Source: Calcarisporiella thermophila CBS 279.70 (lineage: Eukaryota; Fungi; Calcarisporiellomycota). Taken from it: a DNA stretch of 64,000 nucleotides. The stretch lies in assembly GCF_041956535.1 (NCBI RefSeq), contig NW_027192209.1:429341-493340 (forward strand). The letters run 5' to 3'. Position numbers and translations under genes: made by a program. The notes under the pieces were generated by a model. That model made no database searches. It was not told the DNA's origin and worked only from the letters and a program-made list of their open reading frames with translations. Below are positions 49,700 through 63,634 of the stretch, one piece after another (position 1 is the first letter of the stretch; each line of letters starts with the position of its first letter).

Positions 49700-52600
49700 A
49701 TGTACTGGCGGTTTGGATTTCATAACCCATCAGCCATTGATGGGTTACTTGAAAAAGAGGATGTAACACTTGAAGATCTGTTGGATGAGGACGATTTACT
49801 TCAAGAGTGTAAATCTCATAACGCGAAGCTCCTTGAATAGTTTGTATTCGACTTCCGAATTTCATATATGAGGAATTTCGCTGACATTTTTTTATTGACG
49901 CAAGTCTCCGCGATCCAGCCATTTTGGGGCAACTGTTTGATTATATTATAAGTGATGAGCTCGAAGAGCGGCAAAGATTCAAGTAGGTTGAGTATATATA
50001 AAGCAAACTTCTAAACTCCTCATTGATACAAGTCACGAGTAAAAATTAACGTACGCATTAATAGATACCCTTACTTAGCATGCGAAATTTTCTCGAGTGG
50101 ACTGAATATTGACGCAGTCACTGAGAACTGGGATCTGCTGGCTAGATTTTGGAAATTTCTTGACCGTCCTTCGCCTCTCAACTCTCTCCAAAGTTCATAC
50201 TTCAATCGCGTTATATGTGCGCTGTTATCCAAAAAGACTGCTGAGGTATATTCTTTTATTAATATATCACGCTATTGTCTTTGGCATCTAAGTGTAGCTA
50301 CACTCTTTAAAATCCTGTACATAATAGATGCTGGAATTCATCAAATCTCAAGGCGATGTTGTGAATAAGTTTTTATTCCACATAGAGACTTCGGCAATAG
50401 TGGATCTATTAGTAAATATTATTAGATTGGAGGAGTTGCCAGAGGGAGCTGGAGTAGTAGATGTACGTATCGATTCTAGAGTATCATTCCAATAGCTTTA
50501 AAATATTTACTAATTCAGATTGTATCTAGTGGCTGGATTCTCAGGGTATTATTTCGAAGCTCATAGAAAAATTGGACCCAAATCTTGACCCTGAAGTGAG
50601 CAAATATATACTGTAGTACCCTTTTTTTTCTGGCTAACGTTCGAATTCCCAGGTTCATTCAACTGCACAACAAGTGCTTTTAGAAATCATTAAGATTTCT
50701 CAAACAAGCAACCCCGAAGCTCCTTCTATTGGTCCTAACGTGTTAATTTCGAATTTTGTCAGGTAAACATTAGAATTCCCATCGTGTCTTCTAAAATGTA
50801 TTGAGTGCTTTTCCCACCTTTTTTAGCGAGAACTCTATCTCAAGATTAGTGGATTACATGTTAAATGCTGAAGCTCCGCACTCAACTTCAACTTTGATAA
50901 ACACTGTTCCAATCTTGATTGACTTAATTCGTCACAATAATGCGTAATTAGCAGATATATCATCCTGTGCTCTTATTGCATTTTCTAATTCGCATTTATT
51001 TATTTTAGTGACTATATTTTAGACCCGAATGCAAATCCGCAATTTCAAAAGTCAGCAAATATTGTAGATTTAAGTCCTATATTGCGCGTCCTTACCGGAC
51101 GACTTGGTGATTTCCAGCGATTGTTGGTCAAGCCAAATTCATGGGTAAATATTTTCTATATCGTAATAGTCATTAAAGGCGTCATTGACGTTTCATTTTG
51201 TTTAGAACGATTCAATTCCGCTAACTGTTGGAAAAATTACTCCTCTCGGATTTGAGCGTCTCAAAATTTGTGAATTACTTGCAGAGCTTCTTCACTGCTC
51301 CAACATGACGGCAATGAATATCAAAGGTCCATTAAATACTCATTCCAATACCAACTCAAGCCCAGTCGCTGAAGGCAGTGAAAATCCTATGCAACCAACC
51401 GAAGATGCTCAAGTTTTACTCGAGGCAAAATCAATTGATCAAAATCCTGATCAAAACGCCGTGAAAATTAACGGAGAGACGAATGAGTCAAGTTCTGCTC
51501 AACGTGAGCGGGGTAAAGAGACGGAGGAAGCGCAAAATACACTCGAATTGGAAGATAAACAGGTCAGGTTCTCGGAGAAATCTGAAGTTGTCCCGTTGTG
51601 CGACGATGCTACAGAAGCAATGGAGAGAGATAAGTTAGTAGTTGGTGATCTGCTTAAGCAAAAATTCATTGAACACCGGATCGTTCCTACATGCTTGGTA
51701 AGTATTTAATCAGATATTTCCTTTAAAAGATCAATAAAAATTAAATGAATTTTTTATAGGATTTGTTTTTCGAGTTTCCCTGGAATAATTTTTTGCATTA
51801 TGTCGTCTTTGATATTATTCATCAAGTCATCAACGGAAGAATGGACCAAGAGCACAATCGGTCACTTTTATTATCTGTAGGTTATAATTATTCAATGTTC
51901 GGCTGAATTCTGTATTGATGATACATGATTTGTTTTCTTGAATTAGTTGTTCACAGATGGCCAATTGACTAAACGAATTGTCGAAGCTCAACGTCGTAAC
52001 GATATTGAAGCGTAAGAAATCTTTTAGGATAATTTTTGAAATGGCATTTTTCGACTGTGTTCAATTTTTTCAGTGCTCGTCCTCGGGGAACACGGTTTGG
52101 TTATATGGGTCATCTTACTGGTATATCCGACGAAATTCTTCGACTTTCGGAAGAACACTTGAGTTCGCTCCCTGAATTGCAGCCTTATCTTGAGTCACCT
52201 GAATGGGTGGATTACCTTTCTCACGCTCTTCGTGAGACGAAGGAGCGAGATCTCCTTCCTCTAGGAGGAGCACGTCCCGCTCTTAATGGTAGTATAAATT
52301 TGGGTACCGGTGAGAACGAAGATTTTGTGGCTGAAGAGGGATCGACTTCGCAGAGGTTGTTGGGTGACCAGTTTGGACAATATATGACAAGGGAGATGAC
52401 AAACAATTTTGATGAAAAATTCTGGATGCATGGTGAGGAAGATGATGATGATGAGGAGGATGACGAAGAGGAAATCGAGTGGATGGGGTGAGTGATTTTA
52501 TAAATATATAGATGAACTAAAAAATTGAATTTTTCGCTTTTCCAGGGATTTTTGTTGGGATGCAGAAAAAATGCGAAGCGGAATAGGAGGATTAATGGAA

Positions 52601-53071
52601 GGCAGATCTAAGATGGTACAGGATGATGATTCAAGCAGCGACGAAGAGAGTAGTGGAGCCATGCGTTACACAGCAACTCTAGCTGGTCCGCCACTCACCG
52701 TCGCTGACTGGAACGAACAATTCTACCGAGCGCATTCTTCATCTTCATCGTCATCGAGTGATTTAGAGGATGGCGATGGCGACAATGACGAAGAAAACGA
52801 AGATGAGGCTGGTTCTGGTGGCGAAGAATTTTCTCCTCGGCTCGAGGATTTTGCAACAGTACGGGTAGCAGACAGGGTAGATTTGGATGAGATTTGGGGA
52901 AGCAACCCGGAGGAGAATGTAGAGGAGGAGGGGGATAGAGAGGGCTACAATGGATTCGAAGATTTGAATGCTCCAGCGTCAACTATTGCAAAAGGGCATA
53001 GCGAAAATATTGTAAATGATGAACAAAAGAAGGAAATAACAGTCGAGAGTGAAGAAAAGGATAAACAATAG
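49700..53071 (+). CDS. SIT4/PP6 phosphatase-associated protein (SAP155/185/190, PP6R family), multi-exon
   Basis: [82 protein letters not shown] and RFGYMGHLT; acidic tail. Confidence 0.93.
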
Positions 53072-53630
53072 GGTACTCTTATATTCTCTTCGCACTTTTC
53101 AGGTCTTTAAGTGGATTGGACTTTATCTTTTTTCAAGCTATCGCAAAATGGTAGTTCACTATTTCAATCTGGAACAATTTTTACTTTTCTTTTGTATTAA
53201 TGGGGGATATTTAGACTGATCTTTATTTGGATTAAGTGTAGATGGGTAAAACTACATTTGTTTAATTGTAAAATTAAACTCCTTTTTTTTTTCTCTCCTA
53301 GTTTGTGTTATTTTTCTTTTTAGTTTGTTGTTTTTACACTTTTCTCTTTGGAAATAATTACTGTAGGCAACTCCGAGCTTGTGCCTTTCAGGCAATCATC
53401 AACTAACCTTGTAAATGGTGCTCCTATGCAGAAGTTTTCTTGAAACTTTACATTAAGACTGCGTCGTCTTATCTATTTATGCATTCGAAACTTATGCAGC
53501 TTAAAACATCACTCAGTTAAATTCCCAAATATGAAATGAATTTCGAAGCCTCATTAATTCCAATTCCGTTGTATCTTGTCAAAATATATATCTATTACTC
53601 AAAATGTAATAGGATTAAATTACGGTATGA

Positions 53631-55477
53631 TCACACCCAGCGACATCCAGCCGACTTATCCACAACCGTCTTACGCTCTAAGATTTCCTCTACTCTTTCT
53701 TTGACCCCTCTCTTTCCTTTTCGCTCCCGCAGGAAGAAATCTACAACCTCTGTACGAGTCAATTGTACTGGGCCAGTATCAGGGTGCTCACCAGTGACCA
53801 CTCGCTTCACCTCCTCTTCCTTCGGCAATCCATAGCGTGCATGGGGGTATGCTTTGAAATTTTCCTCATGCAGCAGTTCTAATTCCTTTGGTTTCTTTTC
53901 ATCAAAGAATTTTCGTTTCACCTCTGTCGTCTTTACCTCTTCTAGTTGGGCAGGATTCCACTTAGGGCTGTTGGTTTTCGTAATTAGCAACGCGGTCACA
54001 CCTTCGTGGAAATCTGGTGTTTTAAGGAATTGCTGCGCAAGTCGGTATTCCATCTTAAAGCAATCGGCTACTCCCAGTTGAGATCCTTTACGAATTTGGG
54101 CAAGCGTGACTTTGAGGCTGGTAGGGGACATCTGCATAATCGTATCGTGAGCTTTTTTGGCAAAGTCAGTAGGATCATTCTTGAGGGCATCCACAATTTT
54201 TTCAACATCGTTAAATTTGAAGCATCTATGAAGAGAGATTCAGTGTTTATAGTCAGTCTGATAAGAATTGGGCGTTGGAAACAAAGCATTAATACCTATC
54301 AATGACCCGACGAGAATCTCCCCCAAGTGAAAAAGAGTGCTGAGGATCAACACTGGCTGTAAAATCTTCTATAGCCGCATTGACAACATCATAGCTAGAC
54401 GAGTCCAGTTGGCTAAGGCGCTCCTCTAAACTGGCGAGACGAGAGGATGGAACATAGTGGGTTGCGATTCCGGCATGACTACGAAAAAAGAAAAGTGGTT
54501 AGCTAATGTAATCATGGAGCATAGCTATGATAACTGATTTGCATACAAAACATCTTCTCCCTTAAGTCGCGCTCCGCTTAGTGCAAGATAAGTTCCCAAT
54601 TCTCCATCTAGCCGAGGCAGGAAGAAAGAGCCGCCGACATCTGGGAAGAAACCGATCTTGGTCTCAGGCATAGCGAACACAGTATTTTCAGTAGCAATGC
54701 GAAAAGGAGCGTGGACCGACAAACCAACACCTCCACCCACTAATCGTATATTCAGAATATGTAAAAAAACTGCGAAATCAATACCCAAAGGATGCAAGCT
54801 ACTTACTTGTTACGCCATCCAAAATGGCGACAAATGGTATTTTAAAAGTGGAAATTAAATGGTTTAGCTGGTATTCTTCTTCAAAAAATTTAACAGAGTT
54901 TGGATCATTTTTTTGTGCTAGTTCAATTACAGCTATGATTATGAAGATAGTTAAAATTAGAATATTATCCTTATGAAAAATTAATATATTAGGGAGAACT
55001 CACATTTCACATCTCCCCCTGCGCAAAATCCTTTTCCAGCACCCTTGAGAAGAACAAGCTTGCATAGCTCTGAATTTTCCCAAGTGCGCAAGTGTGAAGT
55101 CATAACTCTGACCATATTAAGGTTTAGTGCATTCAGAGCCTTGGGTCTATTTAGCGTAAGGACACGGCTACCAAACACCTTATTAGGTATCACCTCCATC
55201 TATTTTTTGTCAAAAATAAATCAGATTACTTCCTCTGCAATAATATTCCATGGCAAATTACCTTCTGTTCCTCTGCTGTTGAAGCCGCTGTGCCATGTTT
55301 TATGCTGGTAACGGTAGTCATCTATAATTTGGAATAAACTCTAGTATAGACAGCAAATTCTGGTAATTATGGATAGCTTACGTTCACAATATTCGGGAGG
55401 AAATAAGGGGAAGTTTGGTTAAACTTGGTTAATCTTTTGGGCACATGCCTCAAGGATGACGATACGAGATTATACAT
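53631..55477 (-). CDS. EHD3: 3-hydroxyisobutyryl-CoA hydrolase, mitochondrial, multi-exon
   Basis: Mitochondrial presequence, [68 protein letters not shown] and DFHEGV. Confidence 0.93.
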
Positions 55478-55658
55478 TTTTCAACTAATCTCTCTAACCG
55501 AGAACCAAAGTTTATCGAAAATATTGTGGGAATAAAATATTGATGTGACGTCGAAATTTTAAATATTTCGTAGTCACAACAGTAATTTAAATGGATTAGA
55601 ATTAGTATGTTAATAATTAAAACTTGAAGGTTGTGAGCGCTTGAGGTAGCGCTTGGCC

Positions 55659-58134
55659 ATGTATTTCTATCACCTTCGATTTGAAATATACACAATTGCA
55701 CATAGTTATTCAGAGGAGGAGGGAGCGACTTCTTCAAAAGATCATTCCGCTTATCTTGATCTCAACAGATCTACATTTGTACCTGAGGACATATTTGAAT
55801 CTTTGCCTGCAGACACAAATACTACTGTTAAGGGTCTAGATAAAAATAGCTCCAGAAGTAGAGAAGAGCATTGGGATTACAAGTCTGTTAATCGCGCTGC
55901 CCCCAGCAATTTAATCCAAATTTCATTACCGGTTTTTTCGACATTGAGTCAATCCCAGCCATACCGTAAAGTTGGTTTAGATCGTCGTGTGGGTCCAATT
56001 GATATTGTGTGGTTCAACGCGCTTGAGAAAATAGATTCTGTGATGAGTGAAGACGGATCGAGAAAGACAGAAGAAGCAACTAAATCGAATGCAGGAAATG
56101 ATTCTATTGAGGCACCAGTTGATCATACACGTGCCGAATCGAGCTCCTCCGTTAATACAGCTATAAATTCGGCTGAATCTAACAATTTTTCCTCTGCTCT
56201 CTCAGTTTCACGTGGAAATGCTTCGCCGACCCTCAGATCTACACCAACTAAATCTAAGCTTACTGTACCTGTCGGCACTGTTCAAACACTTCCAGAGTTC
56301 TCATCTGGCAATACAGAACTCAGCTATGGAATCGTGCACTTGTACAGAGATTCCCAGGAGATACCCAACGGAGAAGAGCCATATTTGAAATTGGATACAA
56401 AAGTATCGAATGATAGTGCAAATGGGGGGCTGCAAAATGTCCTTTGCGTGTTAGCAGTACCATCCTATATGTCACCTGCAGACTTTGTGGCATTTACAGC
56501 TCCGGTTGCAGATGCTGTTTCCCACTATCGTATTATTAGGTATTTTGGTGGATTATATTTGTAACATGATCCATTATTAATATTTTTATATAGGGACGCT
56601 TCACCGAATAAGTTTTTGGTACTCATGAAATTCCGTGATAGTGAGCATGCAGCTGAATTTTACAAACAATACAACGGACGCCCTTTTAGTTCTCTCGATG
56701 TAAGTTTAATTTTATTTTTATTGTTCAAAGTTTAAATGATAACTGTTTGCTACTATATCTAGCCGGAAATTTGTCACATTGTCTACATAAAATCTGTGGA
56801 ATTCAAGTCCACAGCTATCCCTCAATTTGCTTTCCCTTTCTTCCATGGCGTTGAGTTTGATTCATCCGCGACTTCTTCTGACTTATCTCCTGTTGGCTCA
56901 GCAGCCCCTATTTATGAAATCCCAACCTGCCCAGTCTGTCTGGAACGAATGGACTCATCAGTCACTGGCCTCCTTACTATTTCATGTCAACACACTTTCC
57001 ATTGCCATTGCTTAAGCAAATGGGGTGACAACAGGTATGTATTAAAATTTTTTGATTCACATCATCCAGCAGAGTGAATCATCGGATCACTTTGTTTTAT
57101 AGTTGTCCAGTATGCAGGTATAGCCAGTCACGTGATATGCTTGATGAAGAAGAGGGCGTAGAGCAGAGTGTATGTGGTGAGTGTGGTGCTAGTGAGAGTC
57201 TATGGATCTGCTTAATATGTGGTCACGTTGGGTGTGGGAGATATCAAGATGCACATGCGTATGCTCATTATGAATCCAGTGGTCATCTTTACTCTTTGGA
57301 GCTAGAGACCCAGAGAGTATGGGATTATGCTGGAGATGGGTCGGTTCATTATTTAGGGTTTTCGAAATAGTCTTTTATTGACCTAGGGCATCTCTATAGG
57401 TACGTGCATCGCTTGATTCAGAACAAAACAGATGGCAAGCTCGTGGAATTACCTTCTCCAAATCCTGCTGCTCAGTCCGAATTCCAGAATCCCCATGACG
57501 CACAAGTTTCTCAAGAAAAGCTTGATGCTATTGGGCTCGAATTCTCTTATCTTCTTACTTCACAGCTCGATTCGCAGCGCATGTACTATGAGGCAGAACT
57601 TGAAAAGATAGTGATGCAAGTATCGGCGCTGACTGCACAAGTCAAAAACTTGACCATGGAAGTAACTACTCTGAGTGCTGGAAAAGAGCAGGCGGAACGA
57701 GAATTAGAGGAGTATGGAAAGACCGTCAGGGAATTAGAACAAGGGAAGCGAATGGCAGAAAAGAAACTAGAAAAGGCGAACGATCGCCTGAATAAAGTAG
57801 AGAAAGAATTAAGAGAGGAGAAAGAGGTAAATTACTATCTATATAGTTAAGTAAAACCCTTCATAAATCTATTGCTTATCTGTAGATGTGCAATTCTCTG
57901 CGTGCCAATCAAGAAGAATATAAAGCATCCCTTAGCGCGAAGGAGCGTGAAGCTGCAGAATTGCAGGAGCAAGTTCGGGATTTAATGTTCTTTTTGAGTA
58001 CCCAGGAGAAAATTGCAAAATCGGAACTGCGAGATGAATTACAATCTGGCACCGTAGTAGTGCCTTCCAGCCCAGAAACCAGCTCTGGGACCGGCACAAA
58101 TTCGCCGCGGGGTAAGAGAAGGGGTAAAAGATAG
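55659..58134 (+). CDS. ETP1: BRAP2/IMP-like RING + UBP zinc-finger E3 ligase (Etp1-like), multi-exon
   Basis: GIVHLYRD, LCVLAVPSYMSPADF, RING EIPTCPVCLERMD...CQHTFHCHCL...CPVCRY, ZnF-UBP LWICLICGHVGCGRY...QRVWDYAGDGYVHRLIQNK and C-terminal coiled coil. Confidence 0.92.
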
Positions 58135-58605
58135 TTGGAATCCTTAATGCTTCTTACATCTGTTTATAGTACCTATTTCTAAGTTCACGATCGTTATATG
58201 ATTAATATTTTATATATATTTGCTTCTCACATCACTTATTCCCTTTTACTTGTTCTTCCTTTGTTCATGTACAATAAATATCATTCAGGACTCCATTAAT
58301 CTTTCCATCTTTGATTATGCAGTAATCTCCCAATTGGGATCGAGTAGAGGATCTCGTCTTTTGATTCCATTATCGGTAAATGGTGAATTGTTTAATTATA
58401 GAAGCTAGAATTCACAAGTGTATTCAAGTAGATTGGATATTATAACTGCCTTCAAAAATTATTCTGCAATTTAAATTGCTCGGCCAAATTTTTTATTCTT
58501 TTATAAAAAAGAATGAAAGGGAGTAAAAAAGAAAGTTTTGGAAAATTGTATCACGGCATTTTCAATTGATATTGTGTAAAACGAGTGATGTGTGGGAGGG
58601 TTGGT

Positions 58606-59211
58606 TCAAATGTATGGTGTGCCAATTGCACCAAGCCCAGTGGTATACTGCAAACTAGAGGCAAGTGGGATTCCAGAGGCATATTGCAATCCAGTAGCAT
58701 ACGGTAAACCAGCGGTAAGTGGCGATATACCGGCAAGTGGCGATACACCGGCGAGTGGCGATATTCCGGCAAGTGGCGATACACCGGCAAGTGGTGATAT
58801 TCCGGCAAGTGGCGATACACCGGCAAGTGGTGATATTCCGGCAAGTGGCAATCCACCAGCAATTCCGCCTAATCCCAGAGGTAACGCTCCCAGTCCCGCT
58901 ACCTGCCGCTTGTGAACCACCGCATTGGTGTTCGCAACATTGTACACATCGGCGTGATTTGCAGCCTTGGTGGCCTCGTTGGCCTTAACATTGGCTGCAA
59001 GGTTTGCATGGTGGTGGAAGCGGTCTTTTACATTGGCAGAGTTGGCATAGTAAGCACTATTCAAGACGGTGGGGAATCCCCATCCGATGAAGCGCTTGTC
59101 GATCTCCGCCGAGTTCTCAAGTTGCTCAGCAGGAACCGGGGAGGCAGAAGAGACGTGGGCAAGTGCCAAGAAGAAGGCGACGCACAAAGTGGAGAGGATG
59201 ACCTTGGTCAT
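58606..59211 (-). CDS. Secreted KR-processed repeat protein, family member B (201 aa, intronless)
   Basis: Signal peptide MTKVILSTLCVAFFLALAHVSSA, pro-region ending IDKR, core NSAYYANSAN...HHHANLAANVKANEATKAANHADVYNVANTNAVVHKR, then QVAG...(LAG[I/V]SP)7...TPYI. Confidence 0.88.
   Translation of the reverse strand: MTKVILSTLCVAFFLALAHVSSASPVPAEQLENSAEIDKRFIGWGFPTVLNSAYYANSANVKDRFHHHANLAANVKANEATKAANHADVYNVANTNAVVHKRQVAGLGALPLGLGGIAGGLPLAGISPLAGVSPLAGISPLAGVSPLAGISPLAGVSPLAGISPLTAGLPYATGLQYASGIPLASSLQYTTGLGAIGTPYI
58720..58845. repeat. 18-nt tandem repeat x7 (36-nt higher-order period) encoding alternating LAGISP/LAGVSP
   Basis: tggcgatataccggcaag, tggcgatacaccggcgag, tggcgatattccggcaag and so on, seven consecutive units. 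Confidence 0.95.
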
Positions 59212-59693
59212 TTTTGCTGAGGAGTTGTTCTTGTAAGGAAGTCGAGAAGCGGCTGTTAGTTGAAAAGAAACTGCACTTTTCTCGACACTTTTATATCCAA
59301 ATGAACATATAAGATCGAATACTGATACATCAATTTTCCAGTGTCTGATGCCATCTCTAACACAGATACAGCGACAATATTGCACAGCTTTGATTGATAA
59401 TTGATGAAATCTTGAACACATGTTCGAGAATGCTCGTCATCTTATCCAAGCCAAAATAGTGATTGTACATAGATAGCTAATTACATATTTGTAGGACATC
59501 CAAGTAATATATCTGTAGATTTCACATTCAAAAGATAATACGCAATCATTCTAAAAAGATCGGTAATTTGCAGTCACATTTTTGCAATCATGTCTTAAGA
59601 ATCGCTTAAAATCATAAATATGTATATACTGCCCTGCTCGATGAAAAATCTCGATAATGAATAGGACAAAAAGTGGTATAAAACAGGATCATT

Positions 59694-62575
59694 TCATTCT
59701 TTATAGCCTTCCAATTTCCCAAAAACAATCTGTCCGTCCAACACGGTACCTAGCACTTTACTCTCTAATATCTCTTTTTCAGGTATCGTCATGATATCCT
59801 TTGAGAACACAACAAAATCTGCAAACTTCCCCGGCGAGATAGAGCCAACCTATAAAATTAAATGCTGGTTATTGCGGTCGAGCAAAAATATTATGCGTCA
59901 ATAATATCTTACCTCATTCTCTTGAAATGCAGCATATGCAGCATCAATAGTGAAGCCACGCAATGCCTCTTCTCTAGTTAAAGTTTGTTCTGGATACCAC
60001 CCTCCATCGCCACTTGGCGACGTTCCATCCGTGTATTTTCGAGTGATAGCCGCATAAAAACCGAGCAACGGATTAGATTTTTCGATCGGAAAGTCGGATC
60101 CTAACGCAATATAGGAAGAGCTGGTAAAAACTAATAAGCGTCGATTCTAAAAGTGTAATAATAGCACTAAGGAGTTACCCAGAATTCAAAAAGGATTTCC
60201 ATGCATATGCACCTTTAATTCTTTCCGGACCCAATCTTTTTTCAGCATATGACATATCACTTGTAGCTGAAAAAAAACTCAACTATAAGCATGTGGTGTA
60301 TAAAAATTCGCAATCTATTTGTTTACCATGGGTCGGCTGCATAGATGGAATGATACCAAGCTCGCTAACACGACGAATATCATCCAGTGTCTTAGATTGA
60401 TATATAATAAAACATAGTTAGAAAGTCAATTCAAACAGGAAAACCTTCAATGAGATTGTACAAGAATTTGGGCATGCTCTATTCTAAAGCGATGGAAGTG
60501 GTTTAACTTGAAGCCATTATTCGGCGCCTCCTTGCTGTGGCTCTTCAATATTTCCTCGAATGTGTTAATGGTGATATGATTGGCTAGGTCGCCTATACAA
60601 TGGACATTGACTTGGTAACCGTTGTTGGCCCATTGACGGGCAACTTCCGCCAAATAAGTGGAGTTCATGAGCAGAAAGCCAGATTTTGTAGGATCATCTT
60701 TTAAAATAGGCGAGTTTCTCAACACCAATGGAAATTTCAATCTCAAAGAAATTTTCTTACCTGTATAAGGCTCCATCATTGCTGTATTAATATAATATTA
60801 ACAAATCATTAGAAAAGAACGAAATCCTTATAAATCCATATTTACCTGCTCCCCAACTGCCAATGGCCCCATCCATGAAAAGCTTAACACTTTTGACGGA
60901 GAGTTTTCCGGCAATCTCGAAAGGAGGTACTAAATGGCCACAATAGGTGTTTTTTTCCTCACAGGCAAGCATTGCATAAACTCGGAGCGGGAAGCGGTCG
61001 TACTGAATGGCTCTGGTGAATAAAGGAAATTAAGATATGTCCTCTGAGAAATGATACGAGTCTGGAATCCAATACCTTTTGAAGAACTCAATTCTACTTG
61101 GAGTAGTAAAGGCATTATGCATGCCAGTAATACCAACTGAGTGGAGCTCGGTTATTGCAGCGTCTAATGCGGACAAATTCTCTTCCTCGGTGAACTTCGG
61201 TACAAGTTTCTCTGGCAAATGACAAAACGTTAAAACAAGATACTGTAAAATCGTATGACAAGAGGGACACAAACCGACAAGAAACATTGCGTTATCGACA
61301 AATACACCGTATCCTGGGTCTTTAATAATTTCCTAAACAAAACATTTTTAGAATTCATTTTGTAAAACAATAGATCAAAAAATTAACAACAATACCCCTC
61401 CATCCAGTGTCTGCTCTAAATCAATTCCCTGTTCTTGGAGAAGGGATATAACCTTTCCGTTGACCCAATAAGCATGATAATCTATGCGGTATAATACTAT
61501 TGGGTATTGAGCCAAAATAGGTTCTTTGTCAAGATCCTCCTATTAAAAGAGTTTAAGAAAAACATTAAAAAATGCACAGTATATAAAGAGCGAATGGTAG
61601 AGCTACCGCGGTAGGGAATTTTCCTTCCGGCCACCTGTTTTGATCCCAGCCAAACCCTCGTATCCACTGTCCGGCTTCAGGTCGTAGCTTAGCAATCTTT
61701 TTAAGCAAGCGCTCTCTGACCTCTACAAGAAATTCAAATGCATTTGATAACTACCAAATAAAATCTTGACTAAGTTTACGCCCACCTTCTATGGAATTAG
61801 CTCCGGTGAGGTCTGGCTGCAATATGGATTGGCCCAGCTCCATCAAATGCTAAGACGTAAATCATAATAGGTCTAGGCATTTAACTCTCTCCAAATAATA
61901 TAAGTATGTGGGATACCTACGCCATGTGCATCAATTATTCCCGGGACGATAGTTTTATTGTTGAGATCATATACCTTAAAAATAGATTTCGAGTAGGTTA
62001 GTATAAAAATGAAGGAAATCAAATCAGGCCAACTTCGTACAGTGCCCTTGTTCTTCCATTTCTTTAAGATATTCTTCTTTTCCCCCACTTCTATGAACTT
62101 TCCGTTTTGTACTACAAATGCTTCGGCATGAGGGCGCGAACTATCCATGGTGATCACGTTGGCATTGTGTACTATATACAGGGTGTTTCTAATTTTTTAT
62201 CATAGATGAGACAATCCTATATTTAATAATTCTATAACGTCATGGAATTACCCTGTTCTTAAAAACCAAAGATACCCTGCGAATACTAGGAGAACTCCGA
62301 AGACAATAACGTTTAGTAATCTTAGATTATTTGAAAGCTTGGAATGCGACTAAATTCAAATAATAAACAACATTAACGTTAATTCATGAGTAAAGGTATT
62401 GAGTCAGCGAGAAAAGGCTGAGAATACTCTAATTTAAAAATTCTAATGGAAGATCTCAAAGCCCTAATTCTCTGAACTTTACCGATATCAGGGGTTCATT
62501 TTCAGTCGCATTCACAGCTTCAGAAGCTGTCGTGAAGTCATTTTTTGGGGAGCGACGTCGATTCGAGATTGCCAT
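59694..62575 (-). CDS. Amidohydrolase-3 family (YtcJ-like) metal-dependent hydrolase with N-terminal membrane anchor, multi-exon
   Basis: IVHNANVITMD, PGIIDAHG|HL, GFGWDQNRWP, RIDYHAYWVN, VKLFMDGAIGSWGA, HCIGD, RIEHAQI, SMQPTH, GSDFPIE and GSISPGKFADFVV; hydrophobic segment near the N-terminus. Confidence 0.88.
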
Positions 62576-63035
62576 TACTGATATTCTTTTTCTCACATTC
62601 AACGTGAATCCAACATATGCGGAATTTAAAAAGCTTCAATTAGCTTCAAGAATTGGTAGTTAGTTTTGCTTAGGCGGTTACATTGAACTGAGCTCTCTAT
62701 TGAAATCAATCCTTTACTAATTTAATTATCTGACATGATTATTACCATTTGCTAGAGAATATTAGGATGATTGATATCATGTAACAATTCATGATCAATA
62801 GCCAGTAAGCAGATCTTTCTTTTTTACAGGTATCATAATACATAGTAAGAACCCATCAATGAGCAAATAAAACCTTAACTAATCGCAACAAAGTGTTTTG
62901 ATCTTGAAATAATGATAAAACGGGCAAATTTATACAGTTTTATAGATATAAATAAAGAGAATATATCCATTTGTTTTTGTCTTTCAACCAGCAGCCGCTT
63001 CTCGACTCCCTTACAAGAACAACTCCTCAGCAAAA

Positions 63036-63553
63036 ATGACCAAGGTTATCCTCTCCACTTTGTGCGTCGCCTTCTTCTTGGCACTTGCCCACGTCTCTTC
63101 TGCCTCCCCGGTCCTGCTGAGCAACTTGAGAACTCGGCGGAGATCGACAAGCGCTTCATCGGATGGGGATTCCCCACCGTCTTGAATAGTGCTTACTATG
63201 CCAACTCTGCCAATGTAAAAGACCGCTTCCACCACCATGCCAATCTTGCAGCCAATGTTAAGGCCAACGAGGCCACCAAGGCTGCAAATCACGCCAATGT
63301 GTACAATATTGCAAACACCAATGCGGTGGTTCACAAGCGGCAGGTAGCGTCATATCTGGGATTAGGCGGAATTGCCGGTGGATTATCATCTGCCATTGGT
63401 GTATCGGCACTTGCCGGTGTATCGCCACTTACCGCTGGTTTGCCATATGCTTCTGGATTGCAATATGCCTCTGGAATCCCGCTTGCCTCTAGGTTGCAGT
63501 ATGGACTGCCATATACCACTGGGTTTGGTGCAATTGGCACGCCATACATTTGA
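63036..63553 (+). pseudogene. Frameshifted paralog (member C) of the secreted KR-processed repeat family
   Basis: Near-identical to member B over the 5' half, but reads ccg gt-cct gct where B reads ccg gtt cct gct (1-nt deletion at about 63112). This gives TGA at 63183-63185, while the downstream frame still encodes the intact core and tail. Could be a sequencing error. Confidence 0.7.
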
Positions 63554-63634
63554 GTTGATGTCTTTCCATTTTAGCTCCCTTCATTCTTACAGTGTGAAAC
63601 TCAAATTCGAATAAAATGAAACATGATAGGGTGG

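Noticed and set aside
53631-55477. HIBCH/EHD3 as part of a B12-propionate gene cluster
   Set aside because: It is a universal mitochondrial enzyme 34 kb from cobQ, with no evidence of functional clustering.
58720-58845. Tandem repeats as a CRISPR array
   Set aside because: No unique spacers, no cas genes, eukaryotic context, and the repeats are in-frame coding.
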